The notes under the pieces are model-generated. The model did no database searches, had not been told where the DNA came from, and saw only the letters and a program-made list of their open reading frames with translations. A program made the position numbers and the translations under genes. Of a stretch of 63,434 bases of DNA, positions 29,833-38,877 are shown in pieces; within the stretch, counting starts at the first letter, position 1, and each line of letters starts with the position of its first letter. Source of the DNA: an uncultured Clostridia bacterium (lineage in GTDB: Bacteria > Bacillota > Clostridia > UMGS1883); the NCBI GenBank assembly GCA_947630975.1, contig CANRJP010000003.1:1-63434 (forward strand), read 5' to 3'.

Positions 29833-31263
29833 ATGAAAATAGCAATGTTCACCGAGTGCTATGAGCCTTACATCAACGGGGTAATAACCCACATAAAGAT
29901 CCTCACCCAGGGTTTGAGGGCCTTGGGACACGAGGTGATGATAGTCACCGGCGACACCGAGTGCGCCCACCACTATGTGGACGAAAATAACGTGCTCCAC
30001 TGTCCGGCGGCAAAAACGGGGCGGCGGCTCTACGGCTATCCCGTGCCCTCGCCCATCAGCCGCCACCGTCGGGACATACTTCGGGAGTTCGGCCCCGACA
30101 TCATACACATACACACGGAATTCAGCATGGGACAGAGCGGCATACGCATGGCAAAGCTGCTGAACGTGCCCATGGTGTACACCATGCACACCATGTACGA
30201 CGAGTACGTTTACTATATCGCGCCCAAGACCCTTTCCCGCCCGGCCACAAAGCTGGCGAGACAGTACTTTCTTCTGGTGGCCGGCCACGCCGACGCCATC
30301 ACCGGTCCCAGTGAAAAGGTGGCCCAGTACTGTCGGGAAATCGGCGTAAAAAAGCCCGTCAACGTAATCAGCAACGCCGCCGAACTGGAGGCCTTCCGTC
30401 CCGGCGCGGTCAGCATGGCCGAAAAGGCCGCTCTGAAAAAAAAGCTGGGCATAGCGGACGACGAGACGGTGGCAATTTTTGTGGGACGGCTGGGCCGGGA
30501 AAAGAGCGTGGACGTGCTGCTGGGCTTCTGGAAGGAGACCGTGGTTCCTGAGGACAGGCTAAGGCTGATAATCATCGGCGACGGGCCGGTGAGGAGCGAG
30601 CTTGAGCTGCAGGCCAAATATCTGGGGATAGACGATATGGTGATCTTCACCGGCAAGGTCGCCCACGAGGATATGCCGCCCTATGTCGCCATCGGCGACA
30701 TATATGTAACGGCCTCCCTTTCCGACACAAACTCCATCTCCATGCTGGAGGGCATGGCCTCGGGTCTGCCGGTGCTGGCTCTGACCGACCCGCTCAACGC
30801 CGGTCAGGTAGTGGACGGGGTCAACGGCTATTCCTTTAACAACGCCGACGAAATGGGCGGCTATATGCGCAAAATACGGGATATGAGTCCGGAGGAGCGA
30901 GCGGCCTTCAGCGACAGCGTGGTCAAGTCGGTGCGCACCAGCGGAGCCGAGGATCTGGCGAAAAAGCTGCTGGCCGTATACACAAGCACCATGACACGCG
31001 GCACCGAGCTCACCAACGCGGTACGGCTCCTTGCCATGGAATTCTGCCGTCACAGCGGCTTTTCCGTGGAAAAGCTCACCCGCAGCAAAATATACAAGCT
31101 GTATGACAAATTCATATTTGCCTCCGAGTTTGACGAGGACGATAACGTGGAGCTTGACGGCAATTACTTCATCAAGGCAAAGCCCACTCTTATTTATCAC
31201 ATGGATCTGGGCAGATTTGAATTTACCGAAAACGCGGCGGAGGAGTTGGCCGACGGCAAATAA
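29833..31263 (+). CDS. Glycosyltransferase family 4 (glycolipid-synthase-like) with a C-terminal extension
   Basis: MKIAMFTECYEPYINGV, the later GRLGREKSVD, and the TASLSDTNSISMLEGMASGLPV (E..E region) are typical of GT4. Confidence 0.85.
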   Translation: MKIAMFTECYEPYINGVITHIKILTQGLRALGHEVMIVTGDTECAHHYVDENNVLHCPAAKTGRRLYGYPVPSPISRHRRDILREFGPDIIHIHTEFSMGQSGIRMAKLLNVPMVYTMHTMYDEYVYYIAPKTLSRPATKLARQYFLLVAGHADAITGPSEKVAQYCREIGVKKPVNVISNAAELEAFRPGAVSMAEKAALKKKLGIADDETVAIFVGRLGREKSVDVLLGFWKETVVPEDRLRLIIIGDGPVRSELELQAKYLGIDDMVIFTGKVAHEDMPPYVAIGDIYVTASLSDTNSISMLEGMASGLPVLALTDPLNAGQVVDGVNGYSFNNADEMGGYMRKIRDMSPEERAAFSDSVVKSVRTSGAEDLAKKLLAVYTSTMTRGTELTNAVRLLAMEFCRHSGFSVEKLTRSKIYKLYDKFIFASEFDEDDNVELDGNYFIKAKPTLIYHMDLGRFEFTENAAEELADGK

Positions 31264-31338
31264 TTGAAAATACCTATTGCATTTTAAAGCAATTTGGTGT
31301 ATAATTAACTTAAGAAATTATAAAAGGAGAGATGCAAC

Positions 31339-31977
31339 ATGAAAATCGCGCTTATCAACGAAAACAGTCAGGCCGCTAAGAACGGCATTATCGAGGCCAC
31401 CCTGCGGAGTGTGGCGGAGCCTCTGGGACACGAGGTGTTTAACTACGGAATGTACACCGCCGAGGACGCCGCCCAGCTTACATATGTTCAGGTGGGCATT
31501 CTTGCCGGAATACTGCTCAACAGCGGCGCAGCAGACCTGGTTGTGACGGGCTGCGGCACGGGCGAGGGCGCCATGCTGGCCTGCAATTCCTTCCCCGGCG
31601 TGCTCTGCGGACATATTGTCGACCCCACCGACGCTTATCAGTTCACACAGGTGAACAACGGCAACGCCATCGCTCTTCCCTTTGCCAAGGGCTGGGGCTG
31701 GGGAGCCGAGCTGAACCTCAAGTACGTGTTTGAAAAGCTCTTCGTGGAAGAGTGGGGCGGCGGCTATCCCAAGGAGAGGGCCGTTCCCGAGCAGAGGAAC
31801 AAGAAGATCCTCGACGAGGTCAAGAAGGTCACCTACCGCGACATGGTAACAATTCTCGGTGAGCTCGACCCCGAGCTGGTCAAGGGCGCTGTCGCCGGCG
31901 AAAAGTTCAGCGAACTGTTCTTCGCCAACTGCAAGTGCGAAAAGATGGCCGAAGCCGTCAAGAAAATCCTCGCATAA
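31339..31977 (+). CDS. RpiB/LacA/LacB-family sugar isomerase, long (about 210 aa) form, possibly a DhuI-type uronate ketol-isomerase
   Basis: 212 aa. MKIALINENSQ and LVVTGCGTGEGAMLACNSFPGV are typical of the RpiB/LacAB fold. The extra C-terminal 70 aa distinguish the long subgroup. Confidence 0.8.
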   Translation: MKIALINENSQAAKNGIIEATLRSVAEPLGHEVFNYGMYTAEDAAQLTYVQVGILAGILLNSGAADLVVTGCGTGEGAMLACNSFPGVLCGHIVDPTDAYQFTQVNNGNAIALPFAKGWGWGAELNLKYVFEKLFVEEWGGGYPKERAVPEQRNKKILDEVKKVTYRDMVTILGELDPELVKGAVAGEKFSELFFANCKCEKMAEAVKKILA

Positions 31978-31992
31978 ACAAAATTATACACA

Positions 31993-32028
31993 AAAGCTCC
32001 CGGAGCCAAGGCAGGCTTCGGGAGCTTT
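31993..32028. terminator. Hairpin between convergent genes (RpiB-like and CE12), likely a bidirectional terminator
   Basis: AAAGCTCCCG ... CGGGAGCTTT forms a 10-bp stem with an inner AGCC/GGCT pairing. The flanks are T-rich on the minus strand. Confidence 0.5.
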
Positions 32029-32068
32029 AATGTATTTCATACTAATCCATAGGGAGTGCGCTTTTCGG

Positions 32069-32929
32069 CTACATCAGCACGCCCAGCTCACGCGCGACCT
32101 CCGCTCCTATCAGCTTACCTCCCAAATCGTTGGGATGCGTCCGGTCGAGAGGGCCGCCGGGCGGGTGGTAGAACAAATTCTCGGCTCCCGCGCCCAGCTC
32201 ACGGAACGTTCGCGTGGTAAAAGCGTGGAGATCTATACACCGAAGCCCCGTCTCCGCCGCCAGCTCACGTACGGCGGCGGCGTAACCGTCAAGATAGGTG
32301 TTCAGCTCCCCGTCCACATAGATCAGCCGGTTTATGGGCGTGCAGAGGACGCACTCCGCCCCCTTTTCACCCACAAGGGCGGCGATCCTCCGCAGATTGT
32401 CCTTATATCCGCCGAAGGGCCGGAGACATTCCTGCTTTTGGTCGTTGTGGCCGAACTGCACGAGAACCTTATCGCCGGGCTTGAGTTGGCGCAGCACCGA
32501 CGGAAGGTGACAGTTCAGGCAGTCGCCGGTGTGAGTGCCCTGCTCGGCGTGATTGCTGACGGCAATCCCGCCCCCAAGATACATGGGCAGAGTCTGGCCC
32601 CAGCCGCAGCAGCGCTCCATTGAGCCGCCGCCGTCATAGGTCTGGTCGCAGACGGTGGAATCGCCGAGGCAGTATATAACCGGCAGCTCCGCCTCCTCGA
32701 TTTTTACCTCAAACTCGCCGCCGGTGACGGTGAGTTTTACTTTTCCGTCACGGTAGCAGGGCTGCTTTTGAAAATCCGCCTCGCCCAAGGCGGCGGCGAA
32801 TTTACCGGTAAAGGTCTCCCCCGCCTTAAGCTTAAGGCCGCTTACCAAAAAGCGGCGGTGATTTTCATAAGCGTCAACGGCCGTATCATTTTTCGCATAA
32901 ATTTTAAGATCGATTGTGCAGGTTTTCAC
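32069..32929 (-). CDS. Rhamnogalacturonan acetylesterase-like SGNH hydrolase (CE12) with an N-terminal beta-sandwich
   Basis: SGNH blocks are present: CLGDSTV, a Gly block, QFGHND and DRTHPN. The GTG start overlaps the PL11 stop (GTGA). Confidence 0.85.
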   Translation of the reverse strand: MKTCTIDLKIYAKNDTAVDAYENHRRFLVSGLKLKAGETFTGKFAAALGEADFQKQPCYRDGKVKLTVTGGEFEVKIEEAELPVIYCLGDSTVCDQTYDGGGSMERCCGWGQTLPMYLGGGIAVSNHAEQGTHTGDCLNCHLPSVLRQLKPGDKVLVQFGHNDQKQECLRPFGGYKDNLRRIAALVGEKGAECVLCTPINRLIYVDGELNTYLDGYAAAVRELAAETGLRCIDLHAFTTRTFRELGAGAENLFYHPPGGPLDRTHPNDLGGKLIGAEVARELGVLM

Positions 32930-35900
32930 GCCGTCATCTCCCGCGGGGTATTAATGTGCAGTCCGTAATGAGGGGCGACTGTCACGGTCTCGGTGACGCC
33001 TTCGTATGTAAGGGTCACGTCCCTGCCCGCGTCGGAATTGTTGAAAATATAGGCCTTTTCCCCGTTCACAAACAGATAGACGCCGTTCGTTATCCGAGTG
33101 ACCTCGTAATAGCCGTCCGAGGCGATAAGGCCGCGCCCGTCGGCCTCGGCCGCAAAGAGGGAGCATATCTCCTTAGCCCCGGCAAAGGAAATGTGGAGCT
33201 TGTCGGCCATCTCGTTTTTGGCGCCGTCCCAAAGCTGATAGTTCCGGCTCACATAATCCCGGCCCACTTGGGCGAAGTGCTCGCCCGCCAGAGCGTAAAG
33301 GTCAACATAAAGGCAGCCTGTCTCGTCGGCTACGTCGGTAACAACGTCAAAGAAGCCGCCGTTGTTGCCGTTGGGAGCCTCGTTTTCTCCGGCGCTGCCC
33401 CAGGTGTAGCCCACGGAGGGCTGGGGCTTCACCAGAATTGGCGTGATGCCCTTCTGTGCCGCCTCGGTCACCATGTACCTCAATGCGTCGGCCATAGTCT
33501 CCTTTTTCTTGTCGTCGCGGTTGCGGTCGTTGATGCCGAATTGAATGATAAGGATGTCGCCGGGGCGGCCCTGCGCCATAACCGTGGGAAAGATGTTGTC
33601 CTTCCAGTCGCGTGCCCAGTCGCCGCTGGAGGCCAGATTTACTACCTCGTAGTCGGAGCCGACGAATCTGTTAAGGAGCTGTGCCCAGCCGGTGCGGCGT
33701 TCACCGGCGGGAATATCCGCCTCGATTACATCGGGGATTACAGGGTAATAGTTACAGAGAGTGGAGTCGCCGCCCACAAAAATACGGGTCTTGGGGCTGA
33801 AAACAGCGGGAGTTTTCACGGCCTCCACCTTGGCGAGGCGGGTGGTGCGCTGATCCACGCGGACGGCGGCTCCGCCCTCCGCGTCAAAGCCACGGAACAC
33901 GTGAACCGTGCCCTCGGGCACGCCCACGGTGCCGTACATATCCACATTGGCTCCCACCAAAAGAGAGTTTATGTAAATGTTGCCCCGCTCGGTGTCGGAT
34001 TTTGTGAAGTAAAAATCGTACGTGCCGTCGGGAATATCAAGAGGATAGTCCTCGGCGGCGTTTATGCCGCCCTCGGGGGCGAAGATCCACACGGGGCTGA
34101 CCTCAACGGTAACGGGGCCGGAGGCGGCGACATTAATTCTACCGTCAACGGCGGCGGCGCGGGTCACAAATTCGCTTTCGGCGGAGTTTGGCGTCAAAAC
34201 GGTATTTCCGTTGACCGTCACGGTGACGGGAGCGCCGGTCTTTACCGCAACGCTGAACTCACGGGCGAAGCCGTACTGTCGGACGTCGAAGCTATGCTCC
34301 CCTTCAAAGGAAGCGGTCACCGCGTAGCCGTCCCGGCGGCGGAGGCGGAGATCGTCGATCTGCTCCAGACCCTCGGCGACGATATTGGCAATTTCAAAGG
34401 CTCCGTACCAGGAATAATGGGTGTTGTCGGCCACCCCGTCGGGATAGCTCGCGTACTGTCCGGGGTCGGCGTAGAGGTGGAGCTTTTCGCTCTCTTTCAC
34501 TCCCATGGAATTCTCAAGGTCGCGGCTGAGCCTGTTCACGTCGATAAAGGTCAGGTTCCAGCGCTCGGCGGCGTCACGGAGAAGGGAATCGTAGCTGACC
34601 GCGTCGGGGTCGGGCTCACCGATCTTTCCGTCCTCGCCGAACCAGTGGGGCTGGGTGTGGGAGGCTATTATGGGGATAAGTCCCCTGTCAAGGGCGGGGC
34701 CGATGTACTTTTCGTCCAGAAACGCCGGATAGTCCTCGAGGCTGATATAGCGCTCGGGCTTGTTCCACGCCCCGTCGTTGTGGCCGAACTGGATAATGAC
34801 ATAGTCCCCGGGTTGGGCGTCGTTAAGTATCGCGTCCCAACGGCCGTCGTCGTAAAAGCTCTTAAGGCTGCGTCCGGCCATGGCTCGGTTTTCTACAGTT
34901 ACGCCGTCATTAAAGAAAAGGCCCAGCATCTGGCCCCAGCCCGCTTGGGGAGCGGCGCTTTCGCGGTAGGTCTGGGCGGTGGAGTCGCCGGCGACAAAAA
35001 TCCTTTTTGGCCGGCTGACGTCCACGGCCGCCGAAGCGGCCGCGGTTTCAACATTCATTGGCGTTACAGTCACGGGTAAGTCTCTCCTTCTGACAGTCAC
35101 CTTTTGAGTCTCCTGCTCCCAGCCCACATCCATGCCGAGGGCCTCGGACACGGTGCGGACGGGGACAAGAGTGCGCTCGTTCACCACGGCGGGCGGTACT
35201 GACATGGTTCTCGCCTCGCCGTTAAGGGTGTAATCGGCGCTGCCTATGTTCATTATTACGGTGTCGTTCCCGGCGGTGACCGTTATAACGCCATTGTCAT
35301 ACTCCACCTTTGCGCCCAAAGCCTCGCCGATGAAGCGCAGGGGCACAAGGGTGCGGCCCTCCTCGGCATAGGGGGCGGCGTCAAGCCTAACGGTCAGGCC
35401 GTTTATTTTGGCCGTGTCGGAGCCGAGAGTCAACTCCACGACGCCCGCCGGATAATAGCCAAGGTGGGGCGGCTGGTTGTAGGCGGAGTTCTGCCAAACG
35501 ATACCCATGCGGTAAACGTGGTCGGTCATCAGCGGCATGAGCGAAAATTCCGTGGGAACGGTTGTTGTGTACAGTCTAAGGCTCAGGCCGTCGGCGCTGC
35601 GGAGCAGCACCTCCTCGCGCCAGTCGCCCAGAATGTCCGCCTGAAGGCAGGGATTGGACTTGGAGCCGTTGTTGGAGGCGCAGCCGGCGGCGCTGAAAAT
35701 CAGCTCCTGCTTGCCCTCGCCGTTGATTTTGAATACCGAGGTTCCGTCCAGCAGCTCCTCGTAGAGGTCGCCGTCCCAGAATATCCGGAAGTTCATGGAA
35801 TTGAAATCGTAATCCAGATTTTCACCCAGGGAATTGATCTTACCCGCGCCGCTGCCGGCCCAGGCAACATAAGTGCCGCCGAAGGGGCCTATATTCGCCA

Positions 35901-37578
35901 TGACGCCCCGGCCCGTGTCCTTGCCGGCCTCTCTCTTTTGGAGTATCTCGCCGGTGGCGGCGTCAAATACGGTGAAGCCGTACTTCTGGTCGGGAGAGGC
36001 GTGCTCGTGTACCACAAAATATTCCAGTCCCGGTCTGTAAGGGTCGTAATCGCCAAGGTGCATGGCGTCGCCGTGGCCCATGAAGGAGCACCACAGCACG
36101 CTGCCGTCGTCGTCCAGCGTCAGGGCGCCTGTGAGGATCTCGTCCCTGCCGTCACCGTCCACGTCGGCCACGGAGACGTTGTGGTTGCCCTGACCGATAT
36201 ACTGCTCATTTCCGGCGTCCATGGTGTCGAAGCGCCAGTATTTTTCAATATTGCCGTCTTTATAGCTGAAAGCGGCGATAACCGTCCTGCCGGGGCCTTT
36301 GCCCGACTGGCCCCCGTAGTAGCCCCGAAAGAACACCATATAGGGGTTTACGCCGTCGAGATAGGCCACGCAGGCGTTATAACGCTCGGAGCGGTTGCCG
36401 TAGTCGTCGCCGAATACGGACGCTCCCGGCTCGGTGGTCTGAGGGTCGTAGGGAACGCTGGCCAAAGCTTTGCCCGTGGCGCCCTCAAAGACGGTTACCC
36501 AAAGGGGGCCCTCGAGGTTTTTGCCCGACCAGTTATCCGTCCAGAGGGCGTCCGGGTCGCCGATGACCGTGCCCGCGCCGTCCGCCGTGCCGTCGGCGGT
36601 GCGGAAGGCAACCTCGTCTTTCCCGTCCCCGTCAAGGTCGTAAACTATGAACTGGGTGTCATGTGCTCCGGCACGGATATTGGGGCCTAAATCTATGCGC
36701 CAAAGCCTTGTGCCGTCCAGCTCATAGGCGTCGATATATACCTTGCCGGTTCTCCCGTTTTGGGAGGCGTCCTTGGAGTCGCCGGGATCCCACTTGAGGA
36801 CGATCTCGTACTCGCCGTCGCCGTCAAGGTCGCCCACGGAGGCGTCGTTGGCGGTATAGACAACCTCGCCTTTTATGGCCTTTACGGCGGTCATTTCCGC
36901 CTCGGATATGTCAAAATCAATGTCCGTCACCGTGAAGACCGAGGCGTCGGCCCGCTCCTGAAGGGTGACGGCTCCGTCGGCGGCCACGGACAGATAGAGC
37001 TCGCTCTGCTTACCCTTGATAACATAACCGCCGTCGGCGTCCTCAAGGTAAAACTTCTGGTTGTCGCCGTTGTTGAAGGAGTATGTGCCCACGCTGCCGC
37101 CGACCTCCTTGGACTGGGCGTTGACGTCCATGACGGCTCCGTCCTCACGGATGGGGACGACGGCTCCGTCCTCAAGGGGCGCAAGGTGCCACCTGGAGCC
37201 GATGTTCATCTCCGTTGCGGCCTTAAGCTCCACCGCCCTTATACCCTCGGTAATGTCCCCAAGGTTTTGGGCGGGAGCCTCGATGGGTATCTCCAAATAT
37301 CCCTTGTCCCACACGGAAACCGGGGCGTTGAAATCAATGTGATATTGGGCCGTGCCGTCGGCCCCGGCGTCAACGTAGTTGGTACCGGCGGTCGTAACGA
37401 TGGCCTCGTCTCCCCGGTAGAGGGTATAGCTTTCGGCGCCGGTCATGTTCCAAGACAGGTACACCCCGCCGTCCACCTTGACCGCCACAAGCCCGCCGGA
37501 GGCGTCGGCCAGCGCCGGAGCCGCCGTCAGCAAAATCAGCGCCAGCGTGACCGCCGCGATAGTCAAAAGCTTTTTCAT
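32926..37578 (-). CDS. Secreted rhamnogalacturonan lyase (PL11 beta-propeller) fused to a CAO-N-like double module and two CE12 SGNH esterase domains
   Basis: About 1550 aa. YesW/YesX-like propeller motifs are present (GDLDGDGEYEIV, YDLDGDGKDEV, ADVDGDGRDEI, ILGDWREEV, QNSAYNQPPHLGYY). The PL11 part ends near 35445. Two esterase domains start at RIFVAGDSTA (about 35005) and RIFVGGDSTL (about 33790), each with GHND/GIND blocks. I prefer the start MKKLL at 37578. Confidence 0.9.
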   Translation of the reverse strand: MKKLLTIAAVTLALILLTAAPALADASGGLVAVKVDGGVYLSWNMTGAESYTLYRGDEAIVTTAGTNYVDAGADGTAQYHIDFNAPVSVWDKGYLEIPIEAPAQNLGDITEGIRAVELKAATEMNIGSRWHLAPLEDGAVVPIREDGAVMDVNAQSKEVGGSVGTYSFNNGDNQKFYLEDADGGYVIKGKQSELYLSVAADGAVTLQERADASVFTVTDIDFDISEAEMTAVKAIKGEVVYTANDASVGDLDGDGEYEIVLKWDPGDSKDASQNGRTGKVYIDAYELDGTRLWRIDLGPNIRAGAHDTQFIVYDLDGDGKDEVAFRTADGTADGAGTVIGDPDALWTDNWSGKNLEGPLWVTVFEGATGKALASVPYDPQTTEPGASVFGDDYGNRSERYNACVAYLDGVNPYMVFFRGYYGGQSGKGPGRTVIAAFSYKDGNIEKYWRFDTMDAGNEQYIGQGNHNVSVADVDGDGRDEILTGALTLDDDGSVLWCSFMGHGDAMHLGDYDPYRPGLEYFVVHEHASPDQKYGFTVFDAATGEILQKREAGKDTGRGVMANIGPFGGTYVAWAGSGAGKINSLGENLDYDFNSMNFRIFWDGDLYEELLDGTSVFKINGEGKQELIFSAAGCASNNGSKSNPCLQADILGDWREEVLLRSADGLSLRLYTTTVPTEFSLMPLMTDHVYRMGIVWQNSAYNQPPHLGYYPAGVVELTLGSDTAKINGLTVRLDAAPYAEEGRTLVPLRFIGEALGAKVEYDNGVITVTAGNDTVIMNIGSADYTLNGEARTMSVPPAVVNERTLVPVRTVSEALGMDVGWEQETQKVTVRRRDLPVTVTPMNVETAAASAAVDVSRPKRIFVAGDSTAQTYRESAAPQAGWGQMLGLFFNDGVTVENRAMAGRSLKSFYDDGRWDAILNDAQPGDYVIIQFGHNDGAWNKPERYISLEDYPAFLDEKYIGPALDRGLIPIIASHTQPHWFGEDGKIGEPDPDAVSYDSLLRDAAERWNLTFIDVNRLSRDLENSMGVKESEKLHLYADPGQYASYPDGVADNTHYSWYGAFEIANIVAEGLEQIDDLRLRRRDGYAVTASFEGEHSFDVRQYGFAREFSVAVKTGAPVTVTVNGNTVLTPNSAESEFVTRAAAVDGRINVAASGPVTVEVSPVWIFAPEGGINAAEDYPLDIPDGTYDFYFTKSDTERGNIYINSLLVGANVDMYGTVGVPEGTVHVFRGFDAEGGAAVRVDQRTTRLAKVEAVKTPAVFSPKTRIFVGGDSTLCNYYPVIPDVIEADIPAGERRTGWAQLLNRFVGSDYEVVNLASSGDWARDWKDNIFPTVMAQGRPGDILIIQFGINDRNRDDKKKETMADALRYMVTEAAQKGITPILVKPQPSVGYTWGSAGENEAPNGNNGGFFDVVTDVADETGCLYVDLYALAGEHFAQVGRDYVSRNYQLWDGAKNEMADKLHISFAGAKEICSLFAAEADGRGLIASDGYYEVTRITNGVYLFVNGEKAYIFNNSDAGRDVTLTYEGVTETVTVAPHYGLHINTPREMTA

Positions 37579-37621
37579 TCTCAACATCCTTTCTTTTTAA
37601 TTAGGAATTAGGTGCAAGTTT

Positions 37622-37649
37622 ATTCCTCATTCCTAATTCCTCATTCCTC
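37622..37649. repeat. Four tandem 7-mers (ATTCCTN; GAGGAAT on the coding strand) between the propeller and PL11 genes
   Basis: The units ATTCCTC ATTCCTA ATTCCTC ATTCCTC are read directly from the sequence. They overlap the propeller gene stop and form one arm of a 10-bp hairpin with 37603-37612. Confidence 0.6.
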
Positions 37650-38877
37650 ACTTTTCACACTCTCCGCCCCAGTAGCGGGTATTGTTGTACAGCCGCTTCG
37701 GCTGGGGCAGCGGGCCGTCCGCGCCCTTATCGAGATCGACGGGCACGGCGGAGTAAATTACCGCCTCGGTTTGGGAGTAGACTATGAGCTGGTTGGCTCC
37801 CGTCCCGACAAGGTCGCCCCAGAGGACATAGCCGTCGAAGGGGAACTCAAAAACCGTGTTCAGGTACCCGTCATATACCGCGTTGGGCAGCCCGCCCCGA
37901 CGGTAAGCCAGAATATTGTCCGTGTCCCTGCCGTCAAGGTTGTTTATCACAGTGCAGACGCTGCTCCAGCCGGGAACCGTCCTATGCTCCTTATACAGGG
38001 ATTTTCCCTCGGAGCTGACGATGAAAATACCGTCAAGGCCGGGGTTCCCCCGGTCTATGCGGTCAAGGCCGCAGATTTCCAGCCCCGGCAGCTCCGGCCG
38101 AAGGTCGCCGATAGCCACGTTCTGGCTCTCCACCGTGTCGGTGAACCGCCACAGCAGCCGTCCGTCGTTGGTGTAGGCGGTGATGTCGTCGCCGCCGATG
38201 ACCGCCTCGGGCCTGCCGTCGCCGTTGATGTCCCCTATCCAGATGCAGTCGGCGTGATCCTTCATGTCGACTGTCCACAGTGGCTCGCCCCTGCCGCTGA
38301 GCACGGTGTAACCGGCGATGAGTTCCTCCGCCCCGTCCCCGTCAAGGTCGTGGGGCCAGGGATAGTGGCCGACGTTGCCCTCGTGCTCCCACATAACGTT
38401 AAAATCCCTGTCAAGAGCCCAAAGCTTGTGATAGCGGTCCTTTACGATAATATTTTCCGCCCGTCCCCGACCCTCGAGGTCGGCGATGATTATGCAGTCG
38501 TGGGCGTGAGGGTCGGGCAGAGGATGGGCGGACTTCAGTTTTCCCGTCCTTCCGTCGTAACTACGGAGCTCGTCGTCCATGGCGCAGATAAACTCAAGCT
38601 TCCCGTCCCCGTCGATGTCGTATATTTGAGCGGGTATGTCGCTGCCGCTGGGCTTCGCGTCCGGGTCGGGCGTCCCTATCTGCCAGAGCACTTCGCCGCC
38701 GAGGTCATAGGCCGTGGCGCAACGGACGCTGTGGGGCCAGTAGCGGTCGTCGAAGCCCGAGTCCGGCTGAACCATGACTATCTCCATGCGTCCGTCCCCG
38801 TCGATGTCCCCCAGCCACATACGGCAATAGCGTCCCGCCGCCGAAATGTCGATTTTGCGTATTTCCTTAAGCTCCAT
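37648..38877 (-). CDS. Cytoplasmic FG-GAP/VCBS-type beta-propeller protein of unknown function
   Basis: 409 aa with no signal peptide. It has repeated Ca-binding-like DxDGDG motifs (GDIDGDGRMEIV, YDIDGDGKLEF, HDLDGDGAEELI, GDINGDGRPEAV). The start overlaps the GH105 3' end by 11 nt after GAGGTG. Confidence 0.7.
   Translation of the reverse strand: MELKEIRKIDISAAGRYCRMWLGDIDGDGRMEIVMVQPDSGFDDRYWPHSVRCATAYDLGGEVLWQIGTPDPDAKPSGSDIPAQIYDIDGDGKLEFICAMDDELRSYDGRTGKLKSAHPLPDPHAHDCIIIADLEGRGRAENIIVKDRYHKLWALDRDFNVMWEHEGNVGHYPWPHDLDGDGAEELIAGYTVLSGRGEPLWTVDMKDHADCIWIGDINGDGRPEAVIGGDDITAYTNDGRLLWRFTDTVESQNVAIGDLRPELPGLEICGLDRIDRGNPGLDGIFIVSSEGKSLYKEHRTVPGWSSVCTVINNLDGRDTDNILAYRRGGLPNAVYDGYLNTVFEFPFDGYVLWGDLVGTGANQLIVYSQTEAVIYSAVPVDLDKGADGPLPQPKRLYNNTRYWGGECEK

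Noticed and set aside
37600-37650. Mini-ORFs (MRN*, MRNKLAPNS*) within the GAGGAAT heptamer repeats.
   Set aside because: The SD-like GAGGA directly abuts each ATG with no spacing. The peptides are 3-9 aa and are a by-product of the repeat unit.
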